DNA from: Nitrospinales bacterium | GTDB lineage: Bacteria > Nitrospinota > Nitrospinia > Nitrospinales > VA-1 | Direction of reading: 5' to 3' | DNA length: 64,000 nt | Assembly (NCBI GenBank): GCA_965223795.1 | Contig: CBDCXL010000002.1 | Span: forward strand, 1,664,001-1,728,000 | Notes under the pieces: generated by a model | Database searches by the model: none | Seen by the model: the letters and a program-made list of their open reading frames with translations, nothing else | What the model was told of the DNA's origin: nothing | In this document: positions 29,600-40,102 of the stretch, one piece after another | Layout of the letters: every line of letters begins with the position of its first letter | How positions within the stretch are numbered: position 1 is the first letter of the stretch | Made by a program: the position numbers and the translations under genes

Positions 29600-30781
29600 T
29601 CAGGTGGCGGCGGGTTGCTGCGGGATCACTTCGATCGGTTCGATCAATCCAAACACTTTGTGATAATTTCGAATGCGCTGCAATTGCACGGAGCTGATTT
29701 TCTTACCGGATGAAAGGAGCAACGTGCCCTCTTGCGATTTAAGGTTTGTGCTTAAAGTTTGTCCCACTTCCAGGTTCTCTATTTTTACCAGGATGCTGTT
29801 TTGAGGGGTGGCCTTTTCCTGCGTCACTTTTTCCAGCAGGCATTGTTGAACCTTTTGCAACACCTGAGGATCGTACCAGCCTTGTCTTTTTTCCAAAAGG
29901 TTCAAGGTCTCTTCTCTTTGCGTTCCCTTGCTTTCAATTTCGACGATGTCTGACAGGATTTTTAAGATTCGTGCACCGAGGGGAATTTTGTTTCCGCACA
30001 CGGAGTTGGCCGGAAACCCGGAACCATCGTAGTGTTTTTCCTGATATAAAACGATGTTGGATACAGTGTCGAGCCGGGGAATGTTGAACAGGAGGTGTCC
30101 CCCCACTTCCGGGACCAGAGTGAGGATCTCTTTTTCCTCGTCGGTCATGGAAGCTCCTTTCTGAGACTTCACCAGCACTTCCGGAGGGATGCCGAGGTAG
30201 CCGATCTGGGAAAGCAGGGCGGCGATCTCAAACTCCCAGGAGGAAGGGAGTTTGAGGAAATCCGCCAGCTCGCGGATCAGGTCTCTCAGTTTTATCGCTT
30301 TATCAAAAAGATCCGGATTGACCAATGACAGGACTTCGGTGAGCATATTGATGCTGCCCTTGAGCGTTTTGTCGAGCAGTTCCTGTTCCGCCACGACCAA
30401 CCGGTATTGTTCCAGCCCGACGCGGATCGCTTGTTCAAATTCTTCGGGAGAGCAGGGTTTAGTGAGAAAACGAAAAATGTTCCCTTCGTTGATCGCTTCC
30501 ATCGCCGTTTTCTGGTCGGCGTTGCCCGTGAGCATGATGCGAACGGTGTTCGGATCGCGGTCTTTCACGTTGGATAGAAAGTCCACGCCGTTCATTCCCG
30601 GCATTTGCATGTCGGATACGACCACAGCAAATGGGCCGCTGTTGGACAGGGCATCCAGGCCCAGCTCCCCGCCGGTTGCGGTCTCAAGATTGAATTTTTT
30701 TCTCAGGCTGCGCTTGTAACCGCTCAATACATTTTCATCGTCGTCGACCAGCAGTATTTTTTCTTCGATCGTGTTGTTCAT
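29600..30781 (-). CDS. Response regulator, REC + degenerate HD-GYP-like output
   Basis: ILLVDDD, VVSDMQMP, FRFLTKP; LLSQIG and YQEKHYDGSGFP replace the HD and HHE..GYP motifs. Confidence 0.88.
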   Translation of the reverse strand: MNNTIEEKILLVDDDENVLSGYKRSLRKKFNLETATGGELGLDALSNSGPFAVVVSDMQMPGMNGVDFLSNVKDRDPNTVRIMLTGNADQKTAMEAINEGNIFRFLTKPCSPEEFEQAIRVGLEQYRLVVAEQELLDKTLKGSINMLTEVLSLVNPDLFDKAIKLRDLIRELADFLKLPSSWEFEIAALLSQIGYLGIPPEVLVKSQKGASMTDEEKEILTLVPEVGGHLLFNIPRLDTVSNIVLYQEKHYDGSGFPANSVCGNKIPLGARILKILSDIVEIESKGTQREETLNLLEKRQGWYDPQVLQKVQQCLLEKVTQEKATPQNSILVKIENLEVGQTLSTNLKSQEGTLLLSSGKKISSVQLQRIRNYHKVFGLIEPIEVIPQQPAAT

Positions 30782-30823
30782 GCCCGGTTTCCTTGTCTTC
30801 TATGTTTATATGTGATGAAAATT

Positions 30824-32089
30824 TTATGCGTCCTTTTCATTACAGATGTCTCTGAATTCCTGCAGACGATCCAAAAGACCGAGGGTTTCCAGGTAACTCT
30901 CGTCTACTCCGGGGCCGGGTGCGCCGTAAATTTCGGGATTGGCTTCATGAGCCAATGCGTTGGCAATGTGGACCAGGGTCAACGGAGTGATTTCCCGATT
31001 TTCGTACCGGGATGGAAACGGGTGATATCCAACGGCTTCCACAATAGGATCCGGAAGCCCCCAGAGTCCCAGTAAAAAAGCCCCTACCTGGCTGTGCGTG
31101 GTGTTGAACATTTCCAGTTCGGTATGCCACAATTGCACATCACGTTCTTTGGCGATCGCAATGGCTTTTCCATACAACTCCGGAAGCTTGCTGGCCAGGA
31201 TCAGGCAACCGATCTCATGAATCAGTCCGGCTGTGAAGGCGAAGTTTCTAATATTTTCGTCTGCATTCAAACTTTTGGCGATGTCGAGCGACCCCTTCGC
31301 CACGGCCAGGCTGTGGTCCCAGAGTCGATCCATGGAAAGGGAAGAAATATTTTTGGGATCAAAGCTGGAAAACACCTGGTAGGAGAGAACCAAAGGCTGG
31401 ATCACATCCAGTCCGAGGATTTGTGCTGCGTGCGCGGGAGTTGCGATCTGTTGCGAGAATCCGAAAAAAGCGGAATTCGCCAGCTGCAGGATCTTGGCGG
31501 ACATGCCGGCGTCTTTTGAGATGATCTCACCGATTTTATCGATGGAGCAATCTTCTGATTTCAATTCATCCATCAGTTCCTGGTACAGTTTGGGATAGCT
31601 TGGAAGTGAATCGATCTGCAACACCAAGCGATTGATCCGATCTCCATTCAGAAAATTCTGCAATGAACAAGCGCGATCGATCACCGCTTTGATCGTGTAA
31701 ATCTCACAGGGTTTGGACAAGAATTGATGCATGGATCCTGCCGAGCGCATGATGGCTTTGTCGTCCGCCTGACCGGACAGGATGATTCTTATGGTGTTGG
31801 GATGGTGCATGCGAACTTCATTCAGCAACTCAGCACCGTCCATGCCCGGCATGCGCATGTCGCTGACCACAATGTCGAAGGTGGCTGTTTCCAAAACCTT
31901 CAGGGCTTCCTTACCGCTGTTGACAAAGTACATGTCCCATTCTTTGCGCATGCTGCGCAGCGCCCGACGCAATCCATCCAGTATGGTGTTGTCGTCATCC
32001 ACGAACAGGATTTTCTTTTTCCCTTTCCGGGAAACGGATTTTTCCTGCATTGCCCCGGTGTTGTTGTTATTCAATGTGTTCATGGTCAC
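30824..32089 (-). CDS. Response regulator, REC + HDOD domain
   Basis: ILFVDDD, VVSDMRMP; LPSYP, KILQLANSAFFG, LWDHS, AGLIHEIG, LLGLWGLP. Confidence 0.92.
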   Translation of the reverse strand: MTMNTLNNNNTGAMQEKSVSRKGKKKILFVDDDNTILDGLRRALRSMRKEWDMYFVNSGKEALKVLETATFDIVVSDMRMPGMDGAELLNEVRMHHPNTIRIILSGQADDKAIMRSAGSMHQFLSKPCEIYTIKAVIDRACSLQNFLNGDRINRLVLQIDSLPSYPKLYQELMDELKSEDCSIDKIGEIISKDAGMSAKILQLANSAFFGFSQQIATPAHAAQILGLDVIQPLVLSYQVFSSFDPKNISSLSMDRLWDHSLAVAKGSLDIAKSLNADENIRNFAFTAGLIHEIGCLILASKLPELYGKAIAIAKERDVQLWHTELEMFNTTHSQVGAFLLGLWGLPDPIVEAVGYHPFPSRYENREITPLTLVHIANALAHEANPEIYGAPGPGVDESYLETLGLLDRLQEFRDICNEKDA

Positions 32090-32091
32090 CT

Positions 32092-34902
32092 TTATATGGT
32101 TTTATGTTCGCTGCCCGCATTTGCGGCCGTGCTGGCGGCAAGCGGCAGGCGGAAGATGAACGTGCTGCCTTTTCCCTCTTCGGTTTCCAGATCGACCGTT
32201 CCATTGTGTTTTTTTACGATGATGGTGTGCACGATGGCCAACCCCTGTCCGGTGCCTTTTCCCACATCCTTTGTTGTGAAGAAAGGATCGAAGATCCGCG
32301 CTTTTACTTTTTCTGGGATACCGGTGCCATTGTCCTGAATGCGGATCTCTATTGTCTCTTCCTGTTTCCGGGTTGTGACCCGGATCTCGCCCTTGTTACC
32401 GTCTTCCGCTTTTCCGGCCGCTTCGATGGCGTGGGCGGCGTTGACGATCGTGTTTAGAATCACCTGGTTGAAATCGTTGGCAAAGCAGGGAACATCGGGA
32501 AGGTCGGGGTCGAAGTCCTGAATGACTTCCGCAACGTATTTCCATTCGTTGCGCGCAATGGTGATCGTGGTCTCGATGCATTTGTTGATGTTTGTGAATT
32601 TCTTTTCCTCAGATCCGGGATGAGAGAATTCTTTCATCGCCTTGACGATTCTTGACACACGATCCACTCCTTCCAGGGATTGTTCGATTGCCTTTGGAAT
32701 TTCCTCTGTCAGGTAATCCAGGTCGTCGACCTGTGTCTGAATATTGGCCTCCGCGTTTCCGTTTTGTTTTTCGGTCTGCACCCATTCGTCCAACAGCTGG
32801 CCCAATTTGATCAGCTCATCGAACGACTCTTGCAGAAACCGGGTGTTGTCTCCGATGAACTGCATGGGTGTGTTGATTTCATGAGCGATTCCCGCTGCCA
32901 ACTGGCCGATGGATTCCATTTTCTGCGCGTGGTTCAGCTGGGTCTGCATCAACTTGCGTTCTGAGATGTCTTGGATGAAAGCGTTGAAATGGTAGGAATC
33001 TTTATAGCGCAGAGGAGTGATGGAGGTTTCAACTGGAAATTCATGTCCGTCTTTGTGTTGTGCGGTCAACTCCACGCTGGTGTTCAGGATTTTGCTGGTC
33101 CCGGTTTCGAGAAACTTCTTGATTCCATTAATATGCGCTTCCCGCTCGGCGGCAGGGATGATCAGGTCCGTCAATTTTTGACCGATGGCTTCCGTGCGTG
33201 ACCAGCCGAAGGTTTTTTCCGCCTGAATGTTCCATTCCAGGATCTTCCCTGAAGCATCGATCGAAATGAACGCGTTGTGAGCGGAATTCAGGATCATGCG
33301 GGCCCGCTCCTGACTGGAGCGCAGGGACTTTTCGGCGACCTGGCGTTTGGCGATCTCCGTCTTGAGAGAATTATTGGATTTCAGCAACTCGGAAGTGCGC
33401 TCCTGCACCTTGAATTCCAGATTTTTCTGCGCTGCCCGCAGTTTGACCTCGGCATCCTGTTTTTCCCTGGCTTGGGCCAGCATTCGGTGCAGCGATGTGT
33501 TGAAATCCGAACCGACATCGAATTGCGTAAAGTGAATGTTTCCATTCAAAATTTCCTGGGAGTATTTCGTGAAGCTGTCCAACTCAAGCATAAGATCGTT
33601 GAGGGATTGATTCAGCATCCCAATCTCATCGTTTTGTTCGACAGGCAGGATATTCTGCTTCAGTTTCCCGTTTGCCATTTCCCGCAGCACTGTGGATATG
33701 CTGCGAACGGGAGTGATGATCATTCTGGAGGTGTACAGGGCGACGCCGATCAGCACGAGCAGTGTGAGCAGGACGGAAAGGATCACCGCCAACTGAATGT
33801 TTTGGTAGTTTTTGTCCGCGATTTGAGTGTACCGGGAGACGAGTTCTCCGCTCAGTTCATTCAATGAATTGGAATGTACCAGAACGTCTTCCTGTGCCTG
33901 TCGATAAACGGTGGAATCGATATTGCGGTTCGATATGATTTCCACTGCTTTTTTCAATGAACTCAGTTGTCTGTCTATTTCTACCAATTTGTTTTGAAAT
34001 GCTAGATCGCTGACAGCGGAAATTTCCAATTGTTTCTTGTCGTCTACATGGTTTGGAATGCTCCCGCCAGCTTTTACAACGGAAAGGATTTCTTCGAATG
34101 TTTTCAACGCAGAATGGTATTCATCCAGATTGGCTTCGAGTTCGGCACGGCCCACGGCGATGTTGTCTGAATACAGGATTTCATATTTGCGGATTCCTAA
34201 AATGTCTCCAATCCGGACGCTGTTGTTAAATGCGGAATGACAGGTCACGCAGGCCTTGGTGGTGGCTTTGTCCGGGGAATAAAGGGTGAGATACAGATTT
34301 TCGTTTTTTTGAGTCACTTTTGTGAACACAGTGTTCGGCGATTTTTTTAAAAAGGCATTTGCTTGCCGGTCCATGTCGGATTTTAAATTTTGCCGCGGAT
34401 TCACTGGAATTTCGGCGAGAATTTCCACAGAAAAGTCATGTTCCTCATCCAATTTCTCATTCACCATGCGTGTGAACGTGGCGGGAAAAGGTATGGTGGG
34501 ATGCGAAACGGACTCGGGTGTCATGCTGATCTCAAGACGCGATTTTTTTGCGGGAACGATCACGGACCGTGTGTAGATTTCCCGCATCTGAGTGATGTAT
34601 TCATCCAGACTCAGGATCTGTTGTTCGATTGTTTTTTTGCGATTTTTGGCCATGCTTTGACCGACCACGGACTTGACCATCTGCTGGCTGAGCATACGCT
34701 GCCTGCCCAGGGCATCGGTGATGGCGGCGTCTTTTTTGGCCATGTTGATGAAAAACAGGACCGCACCTCCTGATGTGGAGATGACCAGAAAGAGAACCGC
34801 AAAAATTGCGTGTGTTTTGTCCTGAATCGATACGTTTGCGTTTTTCAAGGTCGCTGCCACTCCCCTTGAGTTTGCGTCCCGGAGCAATCGTTCCCGCATC
34901 AC
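32092..34902 (-). CDS. Membrane sensor histidine kinase: PilJ/NarX-like helices + heme-c (Tll0287/DUF3365-like) domain, HAMP, PAS, HisKA, HATPase
   Basis: Two TM segments; GRQRMLSQ; PFPATF and ACVTCH; HAMP (DEIGML); PAS (WN..AE.TFGW); H-box AHEINTP; NAAHA, DNGTGI, FDPFFTTK, GTGQGL. Confidence 0.9.
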   Translation of the reverse strand: MMRERLLRDANSRGVAATLKNANVSIQDKTHAIFAVLFLVISTSGGAVLFFINMAKKDAAITDALGRQRMLSQQMVKSVVGQSMAKNRKKTIEQQILSLDEYITQMREIYTRSVIVPAKKSRLEISMTPESVSHPTIPFPATFTRMVNEKLDEEHDFSVEILAEIPVNPRQNLKSDMDRQANAFLKKSPNTVFTKVTQKNENLYLTLYSPDKATTKACVTCHSAFNNSVRIGDILGIRKYEILYSDNIAVGRAELEANLDEYHSALKTFEEILSVVKAGGSIPNHVDDKKQLEISAVSDLAFQNKLVEIDRQLSSLKKAVEIISNRNIDSTVYRQAQEDVLVHSNSLNELSGELVSRYTQIADKNYQNIQLAVILSVLLTLLVLIGVALYTSRMIITPVRSISTVLREMANGKLKQNILPVEQNDEIGMLNQSLNDLMLELDSFTKYSQEILNGNIHFTQFDVGSDFNTSLHRMLAQAREKQDAEVKLRAAQKNLEFKVQERTSELLKSNNSLKTEIAKRQVAEKSLRSSQERARMILNSAHNAFISIDASGKILEWNIQAEKTFGWSRTEAIGQKLTDLIIPAAEREAHINGIKKFLETGTSKILNTSVELTAQHKDGHEFPVETSITPLRYKDSYHFNAFIQDISERKLMQTQLNHAQKMESIGQLAAGIAHEINTPMQFIGDNTRFLQESFDELIKLGQLLDEWVQTEKQNGNAEANIQTQVDDLDYLTEEIPKAIEQSLEGVDRVSRIVKAMKEFSHPGSEEKKFTNINKCIETTITIARNEWKYVAEVIQDFDPDLPDVPCFANDFNQVILNTIVNAAHAIEAAGKAEDGNKGEIRVTTRKQEETIEIRIQDNGTGIPEKVKARIFDPFFTTKDVGKGTGQGLAIVHTIIVKKHNGTVDLETEEGKGSTFIFRLPLAASTAANAGSEHKTI

Positions 34903-35358
34903 CTCAATGTCCTGCCCAGGGCCGAGGCGGTTCGGAAATCTTATTTGGAATTTTACGGAAAATGTAAATATGTTAATAGTTTACCGGCATGGATCTTCTT
35001 TATCAATGGCTTAATTGGTCTTTGGCAGCGGCTGCAAACTGAAAGGCCGTTTGAAGGGCAAACGCGCGGCGATTCGAGGTTTTTGAGGCAAGGCCGGGCC
35101 ATAAATGGCGTAATATCAATGTATTGTTGGATAGCCAGAAGCTCTCTGGAAGGACCCGGCTTTTTGGGGGGTTTTCTCTTTCTTTGAGGGGGGGTTGTGT
35201 GCTAGATTAAGCGACTTTCCGGTTTAATTCAGAATTTGACTTCCTTTAGACTGCTGGCGCCAAGACCTGGATCATAAAATGGACAATGTCTTTTGTTGCT
35301 TATGATTTCATCCCTCCTCCGGATCGGATAATTTTAGACTCCCTCGATTTTTTTTGGA

Positions 35359-36609
35359 ATGAACGACCAGGTGAACCCTGAACAGCGTGTTGTCATTACA
35401 GGGATTGGGCTCACCGCCCCCAACGGCAACAACCTGTTGGAATTCAGAGCAAGCCTGTTGCAGGGAAAATCCGGAGTGCGGCGGTTCGAAACCCGGTTCA
35501 TGGGAGAGGTTCTTGCGGGAGTTTGCGATTTTGACGAGCTGAAATACCAGAGAAAAAAAGAATTGCGCCGCGGCACGCGGGCGGGTTCGGTTTCGATCTA
35601 CTGCGCGCAAGAGGCGGTTGCGGACGCGGGCCTCGATCTTGCTGACATCGACCGCTCGCGGGTGGGGGTTTACCTCGGGGTCACCGAGCACGGCAACGTG
35701 GAGACCGAGAACGAGGTCCACAACATCAGCCAGTACGATTACGACGTCAAGTTCTGGTCGCACCACCACAACCCAAGGACCGTGGCCAACAACCCCGCCG
35801 GGGAAGTGACCCTGAACATGAAGATCACCGGTCCGCATTACACGATCGGTGCGGCGTGCGCGGCGGGGAACATGGGAGTCATTCAAGGGGTCCAGATGCT
35901 CAGGCTGGGCGAGGTGGACCTGGCGCTTGCGGGCGGCATTTCCGAAAGCATCCATACTTTCGGGATCTTCGCCAGTTTCAACAGCGAAGGGGCGCTGGCA
36001 AGCCACGACGATCCGGTGAAAGCGAGCCGTCCTTTCGATCTTGACCGCAACGGCATCGTGTGTTCGGAGGGAGGCTGCATCTACACACTGGAACGGCTGA
36101 CGGACGCTCAATCGCGCGGGGCGAAAATCTACGGAGAGATCGTGGGCTATGCCATCAATTCCGACGCGCACGATTTCATCCTGCCGGAACCGGTTCGGCA
36201 GGCCGAATGCATGCGGCTGGCGCTGAAAAACGCCGGGTTGCAAGCCGGGGACATGGACATCCTGAATTCCCACGCCACCGCGACGAAGCTTGGGGACATC
36301 CAGGAATGCAAAGCGATCCGCGACGTGTTCGGGGAGGAAAAAGACGTCTGGATCAACAACACGAAAAGTTTTATCGGACACACGATGGGAGCCGCCGGCA
36401 CCCTGGAACTGTCGGGGAACCTCCCGGCCTTTGAGGACAGTCTGGTGCACCCCACCATCAATCTGGACACGCCGGACCCGGATTGCGCGCTGGACAATCT
36501 GGTGACCGGGGAGCCGAAAAAGCTGGAGCGGGTGGATCATATCATGAACAACTCGTTTGGAATGTTCGGCATCAATTCGGTGCTCATCGTGAAACGGTTT
36601 GACCCTTAG
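35359..36609 (+). CDS. Beta-ketoacyl-ACP synthase (FabF-like, divergent)
   Basis: RVVITGIG, AACAAG (Cys), NSHATAT (His), KSFIGHT (His), SRPFD..RNG, NNSFGMFG. Confidence 0.93.
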   Translation: MNDQVNPEQRVVITGIGLTAPNGNNLLEFRASLLQGKSGVRRFETRFMGEVLAGVCDFDELKYQRKKELRRGTRAGSVSIYCAQEAVADAGLDLADIDRSRVGVYLGVTEHGNVETENEVHNISQYDYDVKFWSHHHNPRTVANNPAGEVTLNMKITGPHYTIGAACAAGNMGVIQGVQMLRLGEVDLALAGGISESIHTFGIFASFNSEGALASHDDPVKASRPFDLDRNGIVCSEGGCIYTLERLTDAQSRGAKIYGEIVGYAINSDAHDFILPEPVRQAECMRLALKNAGLQAGDMDILNSHATATKLGDIQECKAIRDVFGEEKDVWINNTKSFIGHTMGAAGTLELSGNLPAFEDSLVHPTINLDTPDPDCALDNLVTGEPKKLERVDHIMNNSFGMFGINSVLIVKRFDP

Positions 36610-36666
36610 TTTGGTGTTGAAATTTGTGTACATTTTACATAGAATCAAAATCTTAGGAGGAAACTG

Positions 36667-36930
36667 ATGACCGGAGAAGAAGTCAGAAGGGCCATCGTCG
36701 ACATACTTGCCGATATCGCTCCTGATGAGGATGTGAGTTCGATCAGCGATGACGTGAAACTCAGGGATCAGATGGATCTGGATTCCATGGACTTTCTCGA
36801 TATCGTGATGGAGCTTCGCAAACGTTTCAATATTGAGGTGCCTGAAAAGGATTACGAACAGCTTGCGACCATGACGAGCTGCATCACCTACCTGCAGCCT
36901 CTTTTGAAGGACCGGCAATTAGCAGGGTAG
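36667..36930 (+). CDS. Acyl carrier protein
   Basis: LDSMD phosphopantetheine site; acidic 87-aa protein; AGGAGG RBS. Confidence 0.95.
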   Translation: MTGEEVRRAIVDILADIAPDEDVSSISDDVKLRDQMDLDSMDFLDIVMELRKRFNIEVPEKDYEQLATMTSCITYLQPLLKDRQLAG

Positions 36931-36981
36931 CTGCCCGCTGTTTTCCCGCCTCTTTTTTGATGTCAACGTCTTCTCAAAGAT

Positions 36982-37019
36982 AAACCCCCCGTGCGTCACG
37001 CGGAAGGGGTTTGTTTTTT
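36982..37019 (+). terminator. Probable intrinsic terminator after ACP
   Basis: AAACCCC...GGGGTTT outer stem around a GC-rich core, followed by GTTTTTT. Confidence 0.55.
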
Positions 37020-37175
37020 GGGAAGCTCCCCGCTGTTTTCCAGACACGTTCTTCTTTCAATCTCATCCCCGCAAGCTGGGTATTCAAGTATACTTGCGCA
37101 TAAACTATGACCTAATGGCCCGCCCGCAAATGGCGGCAATATGTTAAAGCGGGCGACCCCTCTCTATTCATTGGT

Positions 37176-38567
37176 ATGGTGTACGACGCATTGATCATCG
37201 GCTCGGGGCTTTCCGGTCTGGCCGCGGGAATCCGGCTTGCGCTTTTCAACAAAAAGGTGTGCATCGTTGAAAAGCATACGGTGGTGGGGGGATTGAACTC
37301 CTTCTACACGCGCAAGCACCGCACGTTCGATGTCGGGCTGCACGCCATGACCAATTTCACCGAAAAGGGTGTGCGCAGTTCTCCGCTCGGAAAACTGCTC
37401 AAGCAGCTCAGGCTCCGGCATGAAGAACTGCGGCTGTGTCCGCAGCATATGTCCGAGATCCGCTTTCCGGAAAAATCCCTCCGCTTCACCAACGAGTTTG
37501 ATTTTTTAAAGCAGGAAGTCGCCGAGACATTTCCGGACCAGATGGACGGCTTTATCAGGCTGGTCGAAACCATCCGGTCTTTCGATGAAATTTCCCTCGA
37601 CGGCGACACCCGCACTTCCGCCCTTTCCGTATTGCAGGAATGTCTGTCGGACCCGCTGCTCATCGACATGCTTTGCTGTCCGCTCATGTATTACGGCAAC
37701 GCGCGGGAAGGGGACATGGATTTTTACCAGTTCGTGATCCTGTTCAAAAGCATCTTCATGGAGGGGTTCGCCAAACCGGAAGGCGGCATGCACTTCGTTT
37801 TGAATCTGCTGGTGGAAAAATACCGCAGCCTGGGAGGGGAATTGCAAATGGGCGCGGAGGTCGAATCCATCGAGGTGGACCGGGACTGCGCGCGTGCAGT
37901 GCATCTTGCGGGCGGTGGTTCGATTCGTGCGAAGACCGTGCTATCGTCGATGGGATATGTGGAGACCCTGCGCAAATGTCATCCGGATGTGGCAGACCCA
38001 GACGACCTTGAACCGGGACAGGTTTCGTTCATGGAATCGCTGTTCGTGCTCGATCAACAGGACCCCAAAACTCTGGGATACGACAAGAGCATCGTGTTCT
38101 TCTGCACGGCCCCGCGGTTTCAATACCGTGTTCCGAAGACAATCATCGACGTGACGAGCGGCGTCCTGTGCTGCCCCAATCATTTCCACTATCCTGAACC
38201 TTTGCCCGAGGGAATGCTGCGGCTGACCAATCTGGCGAGTTTCAAACTGTGGGATGAACTCAAGCGGCGGGATTACATCCAGGCGAAGAAGGACTGGCGC
38301 GAAAAAGCACTGCAGCAGGTGTTTACATTTTTCCCCGATTTTCGCGATTCTGTGGTATTTTTAGACTCGTTTACGCCCAAAACCATCTATAAATACACGG
38401 GGCATTTGAATGGGGCGGTATACGGTTCACCGCGCAAGTCGAAAAACGGTGAAACGCCGGTGAAAAACCTGTTCATCTGCGGTACGGACCAGGGGTTTTT
38501 GGGCATTGTCGGGGCGACATTGAGCGGCATCTCCATGGCCAATCTGCACGTTCTGCAAAAATCCTGA
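37176..38567 (+). CDS. Phytoene desaturase/retinol-saturase-like FAD oxidoreductase (copy A)
   Basis: [32 protein letters not shown]...YT...[16 protein letters not shown]. Confidence 0.88.
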   Translation: MVYDALIIGSGLSGLAAGIRLALFNKKVCIVEKHTVVGGLNSFYTRKHRTFDVGLHAMTNFTEKGVRSSPLGKLLKQLRLRHEELRLCPQHMSEIRFPEKSLRFTNEFDFLKQEVAETFPDQMDGFIRLVETIRSFDEISLDGDTRTSALSVLQECLSDPLLIDMLCCPLMYYGNAREGDMDFYQFVILFKSIFMEGFAKPEGGMHFVLNLLVEKYRSLGGELQMGAEVESIEVDRDCARAVHLAGGGSIRAKTVLSSMGYVETLRKCHPDVADPDDLEPGQVSFMESLFVLDQQDPKTLGYDKSIVFFCTAPRFQYRVPKTIIDVTSGVLCCPNHFHYPEPLPEGMLRLTNLASFKLWDELKRRDYIQAKKDWREKALQQVFTFFPDFRDSVVFLDSFTPKTIYKYTGHLNGAVYGSPRKSKNGETPVKNLFICGTDQGFLGIVGATLSGISMANLHVLQKS

Positions 38568-38593
38568 ACCTGATCCTCGGGGAATTCGCAAAT

Positions 38594-40042
38594 ATGGCAC
38601 GCGACTGGTTGAAGGGAGCGAAGTCCAAGTACGACACGGTTGTGATCGGCAGCGGCCTGGCCGGAATGACCTCCGCCAATCTGTTGTCCCGGCTGGGGCA
38701 TTCGGTGCTTTTGGCGGAACATCATTACAACCTGGGTGGTCTGGCCACCTGGTTCAAGCGCAAGGGCGGCCACATCCTGGACATCTCGCTGCACGGTTTC
38801 CCATGCGGGATGATCAAAACCTTTCGCAAATACTGGACGCGGGAACTGGCCGATTCGGTGATCCGTCTCAAAGGCATCCGCTTCGACAATCCCCAGTTTT
38901 CCATGGACACCTCGTTCGACAAGGTGGATTTCACCCGCCTTCTGCGTGAGCGGTTCGGGATCATGAAAGAAGTGATCGACGAATTTTTCACCACCGTGCG
39001 CGGCATGAATTTTTACGACGACATCGTCATGACCACGCGGGATCTGTTCGAAACGTTTTTCCCCGGCCGCAAGGATGTGTGGCGTTTTCTGATGGAGCCC
39101 ATCACCTACGCCAACGGCTCCACCCTCGACGACCCGGCGATCACCTACGGCATCGTGTTTTCCAATTTCATGGACAAGGGCGTCTTCACCTACCAGGGGG
39201 GGACGGACAACCTGATCAAGAAAATGAAAAAGGAAATGCTGAAAAACGGCGTCGACATCCGCACCCATTGCCTGGTGGAGAAGGTACATGTGGAAGGCAA
39301 AACGGTGCGGGGGGTGCGCATCAACGGCCGGGACATCGCCTGCAACTCGGTGCTTTCCAACTCGAACATCCTCAACACCGTGCACAAGCTGGTGGGAGAC
39401 GACAATTTCAGCCCGGAATTCATCAAAGAGGTCGATGCGGTGCGGCTGAACAATTCCAGCTGCCAGGTCTACATCGGCATCCGCAAAGGCGAGTCGATCG
39501 ATTATGTGGGCGATCTGCTGTTCACCTCCGTCGCGGACGAGTACGACACCGAGAAAATCCTGAGCAAGGATGTGACGAGCCGGACGTTTTCCTTTTATTA
39601 CCCGACCATCCGTCCCGGAACCGACCGCTATTCCATCGTTTCCTCGACCAATGCGCATTACCAGGATTGGGCGGACCTTTCGGATGAAGAATACGAAAAG
39701 GAGAAAAACCACCTGATCGAAACCACACTGGACGCACTCGAGAAGTACGTGCCGGATATCCGCAAAAAGGTCGATCATCTGGAAGCGGCCACGCCCCGCA
39801 CCTTCAAGCGTTACACGCTGCATCCTTCCGGCACGTCCTTCGGGACCAAATTCGAAGGACTGCAAATCAGCCGGGACCTTCCCAATCAGATCTCCGGGCT
39901 CTTTCATTCCGGGTCCGTGGGGATCATCATGTCCGGCTGGCTCGGAGCGGCCAATTACGGCGTCATCGTCGCCAACGAGGTCGACAAGTTCGTCCGGTCC
40001 GTCAAGTCCAAAGGCCGGCTGGTTCCCGCATCCGTCGGCTGA
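38594..40042 (+). CDS. Phytoene desaturase/retinol-saturase-like FAD oxidoreductase (copy B)
   Basis: [33 protein letters not shown]....G.SFG, GLFHSG. Confidence 0.88.
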   Translation: MARDWLKGAKSKYDTVVIGSGLAGMTSANLLSRLGHSVLLAEHHYNLGGLATWFKRKGGHILDISLHGFPCGMIKTFRKYWTRELADSVIRLKGIRFDNPQFSMDTSFDKVDFTRLLRERFGIMKEVIDEFFTTVRGMNFYDDIVMTTRDLFETFFPGRKDVWRFLMEPITYANGSTLDDPAITYGIVFSNFMDKGVFTYQGGTDNLIKKMKKEMLKNGVDIRTHCLVEKVHVEGKTVRGVRINGRDIACNSVLSNSNILNTVHKLVGDDNFSPEFIKEVDAVRLNNSSCQVYIGIRKGESIDYVGDLLFTSVADEYDTEKILSKDVTSRTFSFYYPTIRPGTDRYSIVSSTNAHYQDWADLSDEEYEKEKNHLIETTLDALEKYVPDIRKKVDHLEAATPRTFKRYTLHPSGTSFGTKFEGLQISRDLPNQISGLFHSGSVGIIMSGWLGAANYGVIVANEVDKFVRSVKSKGRLVPASVG

Positions 40043-40102
40043 TCCCTTTTTTTCAAAATGAACACGAGTGGTTCGAATCTCCGGGTGCGGTGATGTTTTC
40101 AT

